Positions 1 to 8,050 of a stretch of 36,284 bases of DNA are shown piece by piece. The translations under genes were made by a program, and so were the position numbers. The stretch spans positions 3,212 through 39,495 of the forward strand of contig DIWQ01000001.1 of NCBI GenBank assembly GCA_002423555.1, read 5' to 3'. This DNA comes from Patescibacteria group bacterium UBA6102. GTDB taxonomy: Bacteria > Patescibacteriota > Minisyncoccia > Minisyncoccales > UBA5738. Each line of letters begins with the position of its first letter. Positions within the stretch are counted from its first letter, which is position 1. A model generated the notes under the pieces. It searched no databases and was not told the DNA's origin. It saw nothing but the letters and a program-made list of their open reading frames with translations.

Positions 1-36
1 TTTAATCAAACCGGTTTTTAAAATTTTTAGTTTGCG

Positions 37-75
37 TAAAAAAAAATGTGAAACTCAACTATAATATTGTTTCAC
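37..75 (-). terminator. Rho-independent terminator closing a short (~190 nt) minus-strand transcript
   Basis: The minus strand reads GTGAAAC, a 14-nt loop, then GTTTCAC followed by a T9 run (plus-strand A-run 38-46). Confidence 0.5.
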
Positions 76-192
76 CTCGTGCGGGGTTTGGTCCCCGCCA
101 CCTTCTTCGCGTTCGCGAGGGGGTTTTTTCTTATCTGCCTCATTGGCTTTAGCGGGCAAAAGTATGCCCGCAATTTCTTCGGCTTTGTTCAT
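55..192 (-). CDS. Possible 45-aa small ORF (below the ORF-track cutoff); may instead be a structured sRNA
   Basis: The ATG at 190-192 (minus strand) has GGTGG 7 nt upstream. It translates to MNKAEEIAGILLPAKANEADKKKPPREREEGGGDQTPHEVKQYYS*. The region also holds strong hairpins (GCGGGCA/TGCCCGC, GCGGGG/CCCCGC), so coding status is uncertain. Confidence 0.25.
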   Translation of the reverse strand: MNKAEEIAGILLPAKANEADKKKPPREREEGGGDQTPHEVKQYYS

Positions 193-250
193 TTTTAAAC
201 CACCAATTGGAAAATAACAAATAATTTTTATAAATGCAAATCATCCGAAA

Positions 251-295
251 ATGTTATGTTTAAATATAGCATAAGTATAACATAAATATAACATT
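251..295. repeat. Copy 1 of a 34-nt AT-rich near-palindromic intergenic motif (variant with an internal 11-12 nt duplication)
   Basis: The sequence is atgttatgtttaaatatagcataagtataacat plus aaatataacatt. It has 2 substitutions relative to the identical copies at 4055-4088 and 27391-27424. Confidence 0.85.
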
Positions 296-322
296 GTCGG
301 GTTGGGCGCGTGGTTGCAAAAA

Positions 323-1726
323 TCAGAGTTCAAAACTTTGGGAAAATTCGGGAATGTTGACGGTAATATTGGGAAGGGATTGTCGGGCGATTTGCGCAAA
401 GGCTTCGGCTTGCGGCGCTTCGGTGTGCACCAAAAACAAGTTTTTCAATCCCTTAATGCCGGCGGCGTAATTTAACAGATCTTCCCGGTCGGCGTGGGCG
501 CTCAACTCGTTTAACACCATTATTTTGGCGCGCACATCATATTCGCGATCAAATATTTTCACCGGATTTTGGCCTTCCAAAATTTTTCTTCCCAGCGTGT
601 TTTCGGCCTGAAAACCGGTGATCAAAACGATATTATCGGCGTTGCCGATGCCGTTTTTCAAGTGATGCAAAATCCGCCCGCCCTCGCACATTCCCGATCC
701 GGCGACAACGACAAACGGTCCGGATTTGCCGTTGAGCGATTTTGATTCCGCGGCGGATTGGACATATTTCAAATTATTGAAATTGAAAGCGGCGTTTCCG
801 TCATCGCCGAATTCTCTTTTAAAATCATCATCAAAAAGATGGGTGCGGCGGGGAAAAATTTTGGTGATTTTATCTCCCAAAGGAGTGTCAATGTATATCG
901 GCAGTTTGGGAATGGCTTTTTGTTTGATGAGCAAATGCAGAATATAAATCAGTTCCTGGGTTCTTCCCAGGGAAAACGCGGGAACGATGATTTTGCTTTT
1001 CTTGCGCGCCGCGGTTTTGACAATGTCTTTCACTTTTCCAAATATTTGCGGCATCGGTTGATGCGTGCGGTTGCCGTAGGTGCATTCCATTATCAAGGTT
1101 TGCGCCGCTTCTTGAATGTTTTCCGGAGCGCGCAATATCGGCAGTTCATCGCGCCCCAAATCGCCGGAAAACGCCAGATTTTTAACGCCGTTATTTTCGC
1201 CGATTTCCAGCGACACCGCCGCCGATCCCAAAATATGGCCGGCATCGTAGAATTTGAAACGGATATTTTTGTTTATTTTTGTCCACCCGCCGTCCGAGGA
1301 AGAATAATCCACGGTTTTGAAACATTCAATCACCCGCCGCACATCTTCTTGGGCGTAAATGGGAGCGATCGGCTCTTTGCCGGCAAGATGGGAATTGTAA
1401 TATTCGCAATCGTGTTTTTGAATGTTGGCCGAGTCCAGCAGGATCAGTTCGGCGATTTCGGCGGTGGCCGGCGTGCAATAAATTTTTCCGGTAAAACCGT
1501 TTTTCACCAATGTCGGCAGTGATCCGCAATGATCCAAATGCGCGTGCGACAAAATCACGGCATTGATGTTTTTTGCCTCAAACGGCAGATTGCGGTTTTG
1601 TTGGTTGGCATCCGTTCTTTTGCCTTGATAAAAACCGCAGTCAAGCAAAAGACCGAATCCTTGGGTTTCTATCAAATGCTTTGATCCGGTAACGTTTTTT
1701 GTCGCGCCCCAAAAAGTGATTTTCAT
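323..1726 (-). CDS. Metallo-beta-lactamase-fold beta-CASP family RNA-metabolising hydrolase (RNase J/CPSF-like)
   Basis: This is a 467-aa ORF with the HxHxDH motif (SHAHLDHCG) near the N-terminus. Its length and layout fit MBL plus beta-CASP proteins. Its start overlaps the stop of the upstream gene by 4 nt. Confidence 0.85.
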   Translation of the reverse strand: MKITFWGATKNVTGSKHLIETQGFGLLLDCGFYQGKRTDANQQNRNLPFEAKNINAVILSHAHLDHCGSLPTLVKNGFTGKIYCTPATAEIAELILLDSANIQKHDCEYYNSHLAGKEPIAPIYAQEDVRRVIECFKTVDYSSSDGGWTKINKNIRFKFYDAGHILGSAAVSLEIGENNGVKNLAFSGDLGRDELPILRAPENIQEAAQTLIMECTYGNRTHQPMPQIFGKVKDIVKTAARKKSKIIVPAFSLGRTQELIYILHLLIKQKAIPKLPIYIDTPLGDKITKIFPRRTHLFDDDFKREFGDDGNAAFNFNNLKYVQSAAESKSLNGKSGPFVVVAGSGMCEGGRILHHLKNGIGNADNIVLITGFQAENTLGRKILEGQNPVKIFDREYDVRAKIMVLNELSAHADREDLLNYAAGIKGLKNLFLVHTEAPQAEAFAQIARQSLPNITVNIPEFSQSFEL

Positions 1727-2631
1727 TTAAAATATTGGAATAAAGCGTTGATGCCGGCCAGATTTTTTTGCCATTCAATGTTTTGGTGCGCGGCCAGTTC
1801 CACGGTGATGGCGGAAATGCCGACCGACGCCAGCCAGTCGGTGGCATCTCCCGAAACTTGATATTGGTCAAAAGTGTCTTTGGCCGGATATCCGGACGCC
1901 TTGGCGTAGGCGTTGAGGATGGCGCGGGTTTCATCAGACATATCCGCGTTGCACATTGAGCCGTAGACCGCGTTGGATTGGCTGTGCCAAAAAACGACCG
2001 CCGCGGGTTTGTTTTTCAAAACATAATCGCGCAACGCCGCGCTTTCCGGTTCCGAAAATGCCGCACTGCCGGCGCTCACCTCTTTTTGCCGCCAAATGCC
2101 CCGGGGTTGCCAATTGCAATCAAAGTTGCGGTTCAGGTCCACATTGTTGGCGTTGAAGCGTCCCGTCTCGTTGGTGCCGGCGGGAATGTCGGCGGCGGCA
2201 AACCGCCCCTCTTTGCCGGTGATTTTGGCCAAGCCGTCGGGGTTGAGGGCGGGAATCACCGCCACCGACAAATTTTTTGGAACAATTTCGGGATTTGTTT
2301 CCAGATAGTCAATAAATTCCCAGGCCAAAAGCGCGGTGTTCCATTCATAGCCGCCATGAATGGCGCCGACAAAGACCAATAATGTTTTACCATCGCCAAA
2401 AGTGTAGGAATCGATCGGGCGTTTTTGTGCCGAATAACCGATGATTTCATGAATTGGCCCGACCACGGCAATGGTCGTACTTGCCATTTCCATGACCGGC
2501 GAAACGATTTCTTGCGGTTTTGGCGCCAACGGCTTGGGCCGGTTGAAAATTGAGAGCGTCAAAAGCCCCGCGCCAACCAGCACGAGGCCCGCAACAACAA
2601 GCGATATCAATTTTCGTCCTAAAATTTTCAT
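1723..2631 (-). CDS. M14-family zinc carboxypeptidase-like protein with an N-terminal membrane anchor or signal
   Basis: The ORF carries IHGGYEWNT (Zn ligands), NPDG, NANNVDLNRNFDCNW (the NRNF substrate-binding block) and FWHSQSN. The N-terminus is hydrophobic (LISLVVAGLVLVGAGLL). Confidence 0.75.
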   Translation of the reverse strand: MKILGRKLISLVVAGLVLVGAGLLTLSIFNRPKPLAPKPQEIVSPVMEMASTTIAVVGPIHEIIGYSAQKRPIDSYTFGDGKTLLVFVGAIHGGYEWNTALLAWEFIDYLETNPEIVPKNLSVAVIPALNPDGLAKITGKEGRFAAADIPAGTNETGRFNANNVDLNRNFDCNWQPRGIWRQKEVSAGSAAFSEPESAALRDYVLKNKPAAVVFWHSQSNAVYGSMCNADMSDETRAILNAYAKASGYPAKDTFDQYQVSGDATDWLASVGISAITVELAAHQNIEWQKNLAGINALFQYFK

Positions 2632-3611
2632 TGAGCAAAATGCTTGATTATCTCTTTACTTCCCGCCCAATTTTTGTCCCATTCGGTATCGTTGGCGGCC
2701 GTCAACAACACGCCGATGGCGGGCACATTATTTTTGGAGAACCAATCCGTCATATCGCCGGAAATTGCGTAGGCGCTAAAATCCTGATTTGGCGCATAAC
2801 CGGACAATCGCGAATAAAGATTCATGATGATCTCGCTTTCGGGTAGCATTTTACTATCACAGCTTGAAACATAAACTCCGCCGCCAAATCCATACCACGC
2901 CACCACGCCTGCAATAGAATGGCTTTGCGCGTAATCGCGAATCGCCGTGCTTTCCGGTTCGGAGAACGCCGCACTGCCGGCGCTCACGGTTTTGTTTTGC
3001 CAAACCGCCTTGGCCTGCCATTCACAATCAAAGTTGCGGTTCAGATCCACATTGTTGGCGTTGAATCTTGCCGCGGCGGTATCCGCGGAAGTTGAAACAT
3101 CGGCGGCATTAAACATTCCCGTTTTATCAACCACTTTGGCCAGACCATCGGGATTTAATACCGGAATAATGGTAATTTTGGCGTTTGCGGGAATTTCCTC
3201 GGGGTGGGCCGTTAAATAGTCAATCAATTGGTAAGCCAGGCGCGCGGTGTTCCAGGCGTAGCCGCCGTGAATACCGCCGACAAACAAAATTTCTTCCGAC
3301 CCGCCGCCAAAATGATAAGCGGTAATATCGCGGCTCTGCACCGATTTGCCGATGACGCTCTTTCCCGTGCTTTGCGGCTCTTCCGCCGGCGCTTCGGTTG
3401 ATAATTCTCCCTGGATTTCGCTTTCTTGAATAACATTTTCCTCGGCCGGCAAGTTGCTTTCCGCCTCTGGCGGCGTTTGGGTTTGCGATTCTTCGGCCGG
3501 CATCGGATTTTGAGTTTCTTCGGGCGTTGATGCGAAACGATAGGCCAAGAAAACGAGTGCGGCGACACAAACAACGGCGACAACGGCATAAACGATCTTT
3601 TTCATATTCAT
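2628..3611 (-). CDS. M14-family carboxypeptidase-like paralogue with a membrane anchor and an acidic Pro/Glu-rich linker
   Basis: It has the same motif set as the neighbouring gene (IHGGYAWNT, NPDG, NANNVDLNRNFDCEW). I place the start at MNMKKIVYAVVAVV (3611, or 3605) rather than the ORF-track start at 3755, because that is where the TM anchor begins. Confidence 0.7.
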   Translation of the reverse strand: MNMKKIVYAVVAVVCVAALVFLAYRFASTPEETQNPMPAEESQTQTPPEAESNLPAEENVIQESEIQGELSTEAPAEEPQSTGKSVIGKSVQSRDITAYHFGGGSEEILFVGGIHGGYAWNTARLAYQLIDYLTAHPEEIPANAKITIIPVLNPDGLAKVVDKTGMFNAADVSTSADTAAARFNANNVDLNRNFDCEWQAKAVWQNKTVSAGSAAFSEPESTAIRDYAQSHSIAGVVAWYGFGGGVYVSSCDSKMLPESEIIMNLYSRLSGYAPNQDFSAYAISGDMTDWFSKNNVPAIGVLLTAANDTEWDKNWAGSKEIIKHFAQ

Positions 3612-3777
3612 ATTTTTTGATTTGATTATTCTTTTATCGCCCATTATATCACAAAATCCAAAAAAGCGGATTTTTGCCGCGGCGTTGGCCAAAACCGCCG
3701 AAAGATTATGTGATCGCGGATCAAAATGTGATAAAATGGCATAAAGCGAAATCAAAATCTATTAACGTATCAAAATT

Positions 3778-4014
3778 ATGGACAATCTGGCGCTTTTCTT
3801 TCTTTTTGTTTTGATCGCGATAATCATCACCTATTTTTTTCCCGCCATTGTGGCCGTCGCCCGCAGAAAAAGAAATTGGGGCGCGATTTTGGCTCTGAAT
3901 TTGCTGGCGGGATGGACGTTTGTCGGCTGGGTCGCGGCGCTGGTTTGGGCGTTGATGCACGATTGCGGGGAAAACGGCAAAAAACCCGCGCCGCCGGCCG
4001 CCATTGACGGCTGA
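3778..4014 (+). CDS. Small two-TM membrane protein of the superinfection-immunity (Imm-like) family
   Basis: The 78-aa product contains YFFPAIVAVARRKRNWGAILALNLLAGWTFVGWVAALVWAL. This matches the characteristic basic loop plus the N-L-L-x-GWT-x-x-GW-x-x-AL-x-WA signature. Confidence 0.6.
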   Translation: MDNLALFFLFVLIAIIITYFFPAIVAVARRKRNWGAILALNLLAGWTFVGWVAALVWALMHDCGENGKKPAPPAAIDG

Positions 4015-4054
4015 AAGCGGGCAGGGGTTGACGCTTATTTCTTCCCTCCCGCAA

Positions 4055-4088
4055 ATGCTATGTTTAAATATAGCATAAATATAACATT
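4055..4088. repeat. Copy 2 of the 34-nt AT-rich near-palindromic motif
   Basis: The sequence atgctatgtttaaatatagcataaatataacatt is identical to 27391-27424. Confidence 0.9.
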
Positions 4089-4142
4089 TAAATTTATCAT
4101 TTGAATAAGTTCATTGTGTGCCATTGTCGCCAAACATCAAAC

Positions 4143-4177
4143 AAAAAACGCCCCGAAGACTTTCGGGACGTTTTTTT
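4143..4177. terminator. Bidirectional intrinsic terminator
   Basis: An A6 run is followed by the CCCGAA/TTCGGG stem with a 4-nt loop and then a T7 run. It sits between the Imm-like gene (+) and the csp remnant (-). Confidence 0.6.
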
Positions 4178-4181
4178 CGGA

Positions 4182-4344
4182 CTAGGCGCGCCCCACATTG
4201 ACCGCCGACGGCCCTTTTTTCACCGTCAACAACTTCAAATGTCACCGCATCGCCGATTTTGAGATCGGCATACTCAACGCCTTGCAATTCTTTGGAGTGG
4301 AAAAACGCTCAAGACCTTTTCCATTGCCCTTGCCGCGCCAGCAT
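4182..4344 (-). pseudogene. Cold-shock protein (CspA family) remnant lacking most of the N-terminal RNP1 region, with an in-frame stop
   Basis: The minus-strand translation (A)FFHSKELQGVEYADLKIGDAVTFEVVDGEKGPSAVNVGRA* matches the C-terminal two-thirds of Csp proteins. Upstream, an ATG (4344) gives MLARQGQWKRS* in the same frame. The locus is about 163 nt in total, too short for the usual ~66 codons. Confidence 0.55.
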
Positions 4345-4348
4345 CGGA

Positions 4349-5509
4349 TTAATTACTAACGCCGTTTAATATGTTGATAAATTTATCCGTTGTTGCTTCA
4401 GAAGTAAATTTTCGGGCAGACGATATTGCCGCTAGAGACATTCCCTTTCGGGCGCCTTTATTTAAAGCTAGCCAATTTATTTTTTCTTTCATTTCCTTGA
4501 CTGATTCCACGATAAATCCGTTGTTACCGTTCTCAATTACTTCCTCTGCAATCCCAATATTAAAACTCACGGGTATCAATCCCTGGGACATACCTTCGAT
4601 CAGTGTTAGGCTAAAACCTTCATAGCGAGACGGCATTATCAAGGCGTCCTCTCGCAATTTTGAAATATTATCTTTAATTTCTTCTTTTGTTAAGTTTTTC
4701 AGTAGGCAATGGTTTTTAAATTCGGTTTCCATCCACCGGCACACCTTTTCATCCCTCGCCAAAACAATACTTACCTTTCTAATGTTGCCGAATTCTTTAT
4801 AAATTTCCGCCAGCCGATCAATTCCTTTAATTTTCATATCTCGTGCTCCATTACCAATACGCCCCAGATAACAAATACCGAAATCGCCGGCTTTTTCAGC
4901 GGGTTGAAGGTTGGCCTCAAACCAGAAATCTTCAATAGCGTTATGGATCAATCCGATTTTTTCAGCGGCTACTCCCTGGTCAATGAGTTCGTTCCTGACT
5001 TTTGACGATACTGCGATCACTATCGCGGCTTTTTGCGCGACATATTTTTCGATATCAACAAGATCATTCAAAAAACGATTATTTACCGCGTCAAAGTTAA
5101 TATCGTTGGAGATTTCTTTGGCTGCTATTTTATCCCAAAACCAGCCGAAATCACCGCTATCGTCATTTGTCAGGGCGTTCCTGATGCCTGCCATAGTAGA
5201 TCCGAAATGACTTATGATTTTTTTTGAATAGCCAAGATATGCGATCGCCGAATATGTCGTTCCGTACACAAAATCGCAATCCATCACCTTATCTTTATCG
5301 CGGCAAGCGCTAAAAAAAACCATCAACTCCAAGGCGCTGCGCATACTGGCCGGAAAATCATGAAAAAAAAGATCCGGATCGGGATAAACCGCGACCGTAT
5401 CAATTCCTCTCTCGTTTAATTTTTTTTCTATCAGCTTGTTGATGAAATTTGTACCTGATGCGTATCTTGGATCATTGTGCACAAAAGCTATTTTCATAAA
5501 TTTTTTCAC
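4349..5509 (-). CDS. Glycosyltransferase, GT-B fold (GT4-like)
   Basis: This is a 386-aa ORF with a C-terminal E-x7-E region (PSRYEGFSLTLIEGMSQGLIPV). Confidence 0.8.
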   Translation of the reverse strand: MKKFMKIAFVHNDPRYASGTNFINKLIEKKLNERGIDTVAVYPDPDLFFHDFPASMRSALELMVFFSACRDKDKVMDCDFVYGTTYSAIAYLGYSKKIISHFGSTMAGIRNALTNDDSGDFGWFWDKIAAKEISNDINFDAVNNRFLNDLVDIEKYVAQKAAIVIAVSSKVRNELIDQGVAAEKIGLIHNAIEDFWFEANLQPAEKAGDFGICYLGRIGNGARDMKIKGIDRLAEIYKEFGNIRKVSIVLARDEKVCRWMETEFKNHCLLKNLTKEEIKDNISKLREDALIMPSRYEGFSLTLIEGMSQGLIPVSFNIGIAEEVIENGNNGFIVESVKEMKEKINWLALNKGARKGMSLAAISSARKFTSEATTDKFINILNGVSN

Positions 5510-5521
5510 GCAAAATTTAAA

Positions 5522-6688
5522 TTAAAGCCGTGGCAACAGGATATCTTTCAAAAAGCGGCCATAAACGACATCTATGTTCAACCTTTTTCTTAGCTCTTCC
5601 CTTATTGAAGGGCTAACCGTCTCAAAAGAAGCTTCTTCAATCTTTCCCGCGGTCGTTTTGAAATCATCAAAATCGAGTACCCAGTCACCAATGCCAATTT
5701 CGCGATACAAATCGGCAATTCCCATATTTAGGCTCACTAACGCGGGAGTGCCGGAAGCAAGCGCTTCCTGCGCCACATTGCCGTATGTTTCAAAATGCGA
5801 CGGACAAACGACCGCATCCATCTCTGAATAAAATAATGGAAGATTGCTATTACTCAAGGGGTCAATGAAATTAACGGATTTTTTCATTTTGCGGTACAGA
5901 ATATCATCATTGTGCAATGGCTTGCTTACAACGCTCACTTTGTACCGTTTTTTATTTTCAACTCCGTAACGCGCGAATTCATTCAAAAATTTCGGATTTT
6001 TAATGTCGCACCACCTTATAACGGCGCCGATATTCTTGCCCGCACCTGCTTCTTTTTGGCGTGTTTTAAAAAAGTAATCCGGTATTGGATTCGGCACAAT
6101 CGTCCAATTCTTTAATTCTCTGCCAACAACCTCCTTCTCCAGCGTTTTTTTGGCAAATATTGACGGCAAGACTATCAAATCATTCCCAATGTGGAAACTT
6201 TTTTCCATTTGTAGCAATATATCTTTCGTTTTTGGCTCATAATCTTCGGCTTCCTTTTTTAAAATACCGTGATAATAAACAATCACTTTGCCGACACTTT
6301 CTTTCTTTGCGGCAACATACAAGCACCATGGAAGATAATATGTGCAATTAACAAGAACAATGTCGGGTTTTTCTTGTTTTATCGCCGCGCGAAATTTTTC
6401 AATCACAGGACTTAGGGTCGTTTCAAAATCATTTAAATTTCGCGAATTCAAAAAAACATTCCTTAAATTATCGTAAATCGCGCCATATTTAACAAGCTTG
6501 AGATTTTTTCTATCCAACAATATATTTTTCTTGCAGGCTTGCTCGGGATTGTCGGTTTTGAAAACATCAACAGCAACCAACTGTATTTCCGGCTCTCTTT
6601 TTTGAAAGAATTCTGTGAGGGAAATAACAAATGTGTGCCTCATAAGTTCTTCCAAGCTGGCACACTGGACGTTTGTCATCACTTTCAT
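5522..6688 (-). CDS. Glycosyltransferase-like protein (GT-B fold), tandem paralogue A
   Basis: The 388-aa product contains VVCPSHFETYGNVAQEALASGTPALVS (an E-x7-E-like block). It aligns along its full length with the 385-aa neighbour. Confidence 0.7.
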   Translation of the reverse strand: MKVMTNVQCASLEELMRHTFVISLTEFFQKREPEIQLVAVDVFKTDNPEQACKKNILLDRKNLKLVKYGAIYDNLRNVFLNSRNLNDFETTLSPVIEKFRAAIKQEKPDIVLVNCTYYLPWCLYVAAKKESVGKVIVYYHGILKKEAEDYEPKTKDILLQMEKSFHIGNDLIVLPSIFAKKTLEKEVVGRELKNWTIVPNPIPDYFFKTRQKEAGAGKNIGAVIRWCDIKNPKFLNEFARYGVENKKRYKVSVVSKPLHNDDILYRKMKKSVNFIDPLSNSNLPLFYSEMDAVVCPSHFETYGNVAQEALASGTPALVSLNMGIADLYREIGIGDWVLDFDDFKTTAGKIEEASFETVSPSIREELRKRLNIDVVYGRFLKDILLPRL

Positions 6689-6794
6689 TCCAATATATTT
6701 AGACTGTTGAATGAATAATTGCGCAATTAAGATTAACCGATAAATTTGACAAGCTTAAATTTGTTCCAAAAATCAATTATTCAACAGTTTCATA

Positions 6795-7952
6795 TTATTT
6801 ATAATCAATATAATTCAAAAGCAATTTGTGAATACGGGCGGGATTAAGCTCATTTTTTAATTCCAGTCGAAGTTTTTGATCAACCGTTTCTTCCATTATC
6901 CGGTCGATTTTTTTAAATACTTTCGCCGGCACATCAAACGGCAAAATCCATTTATCCAGTCCGAACCGCCTGAATTGCTCTGCAACGCCCATATTGGGGC
7001 TGATAAGCGCGGGAGTTCCGGAAGCCACCGCTTCCTGTGCCACATTGCCGTATGTTTCAAAATGCGACGGACAAACAACGACATCCATTTTTGAGTAAAA
7101 CCGCGCCATCTTGGCATTTTCCATCGGCCGGACCATCTTAATCGAATCACGGATATTTTTTGGAATATCCGCAGCTGCCCTGACATCGCTTAACAAATTG
7201 AAAATTCCGCTTTTTATTGACTTTGAACTATGAGACGCGTATTTCAAGATGAAAGACTTATTCTTTATGTGGCGCCACCGCGCGACCGTTCCGATATTTT
7301 TCTTGGCCGCGCTTTTCCTATTTATCTTTATCGCCTTAAAGAAATGCAAAGGGATCGGGTTGGGCAAAATGCAAAAATGTTTCGGCTCCCTTCCGAAAAC
7401 ATCCTTAGCCACGGCATCTTTAGCGAACAAAGAAGGGAAAATATATCTTATATTGTCGGAATCAAAAGTTTTTTCTATGGCTTGGAAAACCCGGCGCATC
7501 GGCTCGGGGTAATGCTCGGTTTCTTTGGTCAGACTGCCGTGATAATGCAAGACAATATTTTTCACCGTGTCCCGCGCCGCCAACAGTAAACACCAGGGAA
7601 GATAATAAGTTCCGTTGAGCAATATTGCGTCCGGTTTTTCCCGCCGGATAATTTCTTTGTACCGGTTGATTATCGGTTTTAGATCATTTCTAACCTTGCC
7701 GATGTCATCCGCATTTTTAACCAGTTCTTTGATGTCGGGATGCGGCATTGAGGTCGTGATTACCCGGAAATTATTTTCGCTCCTTTCATCAATTTTTATT
7801 GGAGCATGGTTATCGGTTTTTACCATTTCCACTCCAACCAGTTCCAATTTTTTGGAATTTTCCCGCTTCTTCACATATGAAGACAGCGACGATAAGGCTT
7901 GGGCGATTCCGGCGAGCTTATAGAAGCGGATATTGGTTAGGATCTTCATCAT
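6795..7952 (-). CDS. Glycosyltransferase-like protein (GT-B fold), tandem paralogue B
   Basis: The 385-aa product contains VVCPSHFETYGNVAQEAVASGTPALIS and NGTYYLPWCLLLAAR. The paralogue has the matching block NCTYYLPWCLYVAAK. Confidence 0.7.
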   Translation of the reverse strand: MMKILTNIRFYKLAGIAQALSSLSSYVKKRENSKKLELVGVEMVKTDNHAPIKIDERSENNFRVITTSMPHPDIKELVKNADDIGKVRNDLKPIINRYKEIIRREKPDAILLNGTYYLPWCLLLAARDTVKNIVLHYHGSLTKETEHYPEPMRRVFQAIEKTFDSDNIRYIFPSLFAKDAVAKDVFGREPKHFCILPNPIPLHFFKAIKINRKSAAKKNIGTVARWRHIKNKSFILKYASHSSKSIKSGIFNLLSDVRAAADIPKNIRDSIKMVRPMENAKMARFYSKMDVVVCPSHFETYGNVAQEAVASGTPALISPNMGVAEQFRRFGLDKWILPFDVPAKVFKKIDRIMEETVDQKLRLELKNELNPARIHKLLLNYIDYK

Positions 7953-7988
7953 GCTATGATGTCATAATTTTGCTATTTTGTCAATGAT

Positions 7989-8050
7989 TTTTGGCGATAA
8001 TTTGTGCATTTTTTGCCAAAATCATTAAAGAACCGTCCCTTTTTTACTTC
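7989..8050. repeat. Copy A of a 62-nt direct repeat (about 90% identical to 14182-14243)
   Basis: The sequence ttttggcgataatttgtgcattttttgccaaaatcattaaagaaccgtcccttttttacttc has 6 mismatches against copy B. It includes a TTTTGGC...GCCAAAA inverted repeat. Confidence 0.85.

Noticed and set aside
726-3589. Many track ORFs lie antisense to or out of frame with the beta-CASP and M14 genes. Examples are 758-1522 (+), 1978-2382 (+), and 3220-3570 and 3224-3589 (-).
   Set aside because: They lie entirely within better-supported genes. Their compositions are Arg/Gly/Pro- or Lys/Arg-skewed, as is typical of off-frame translation, and they carry no recognisable motifs.
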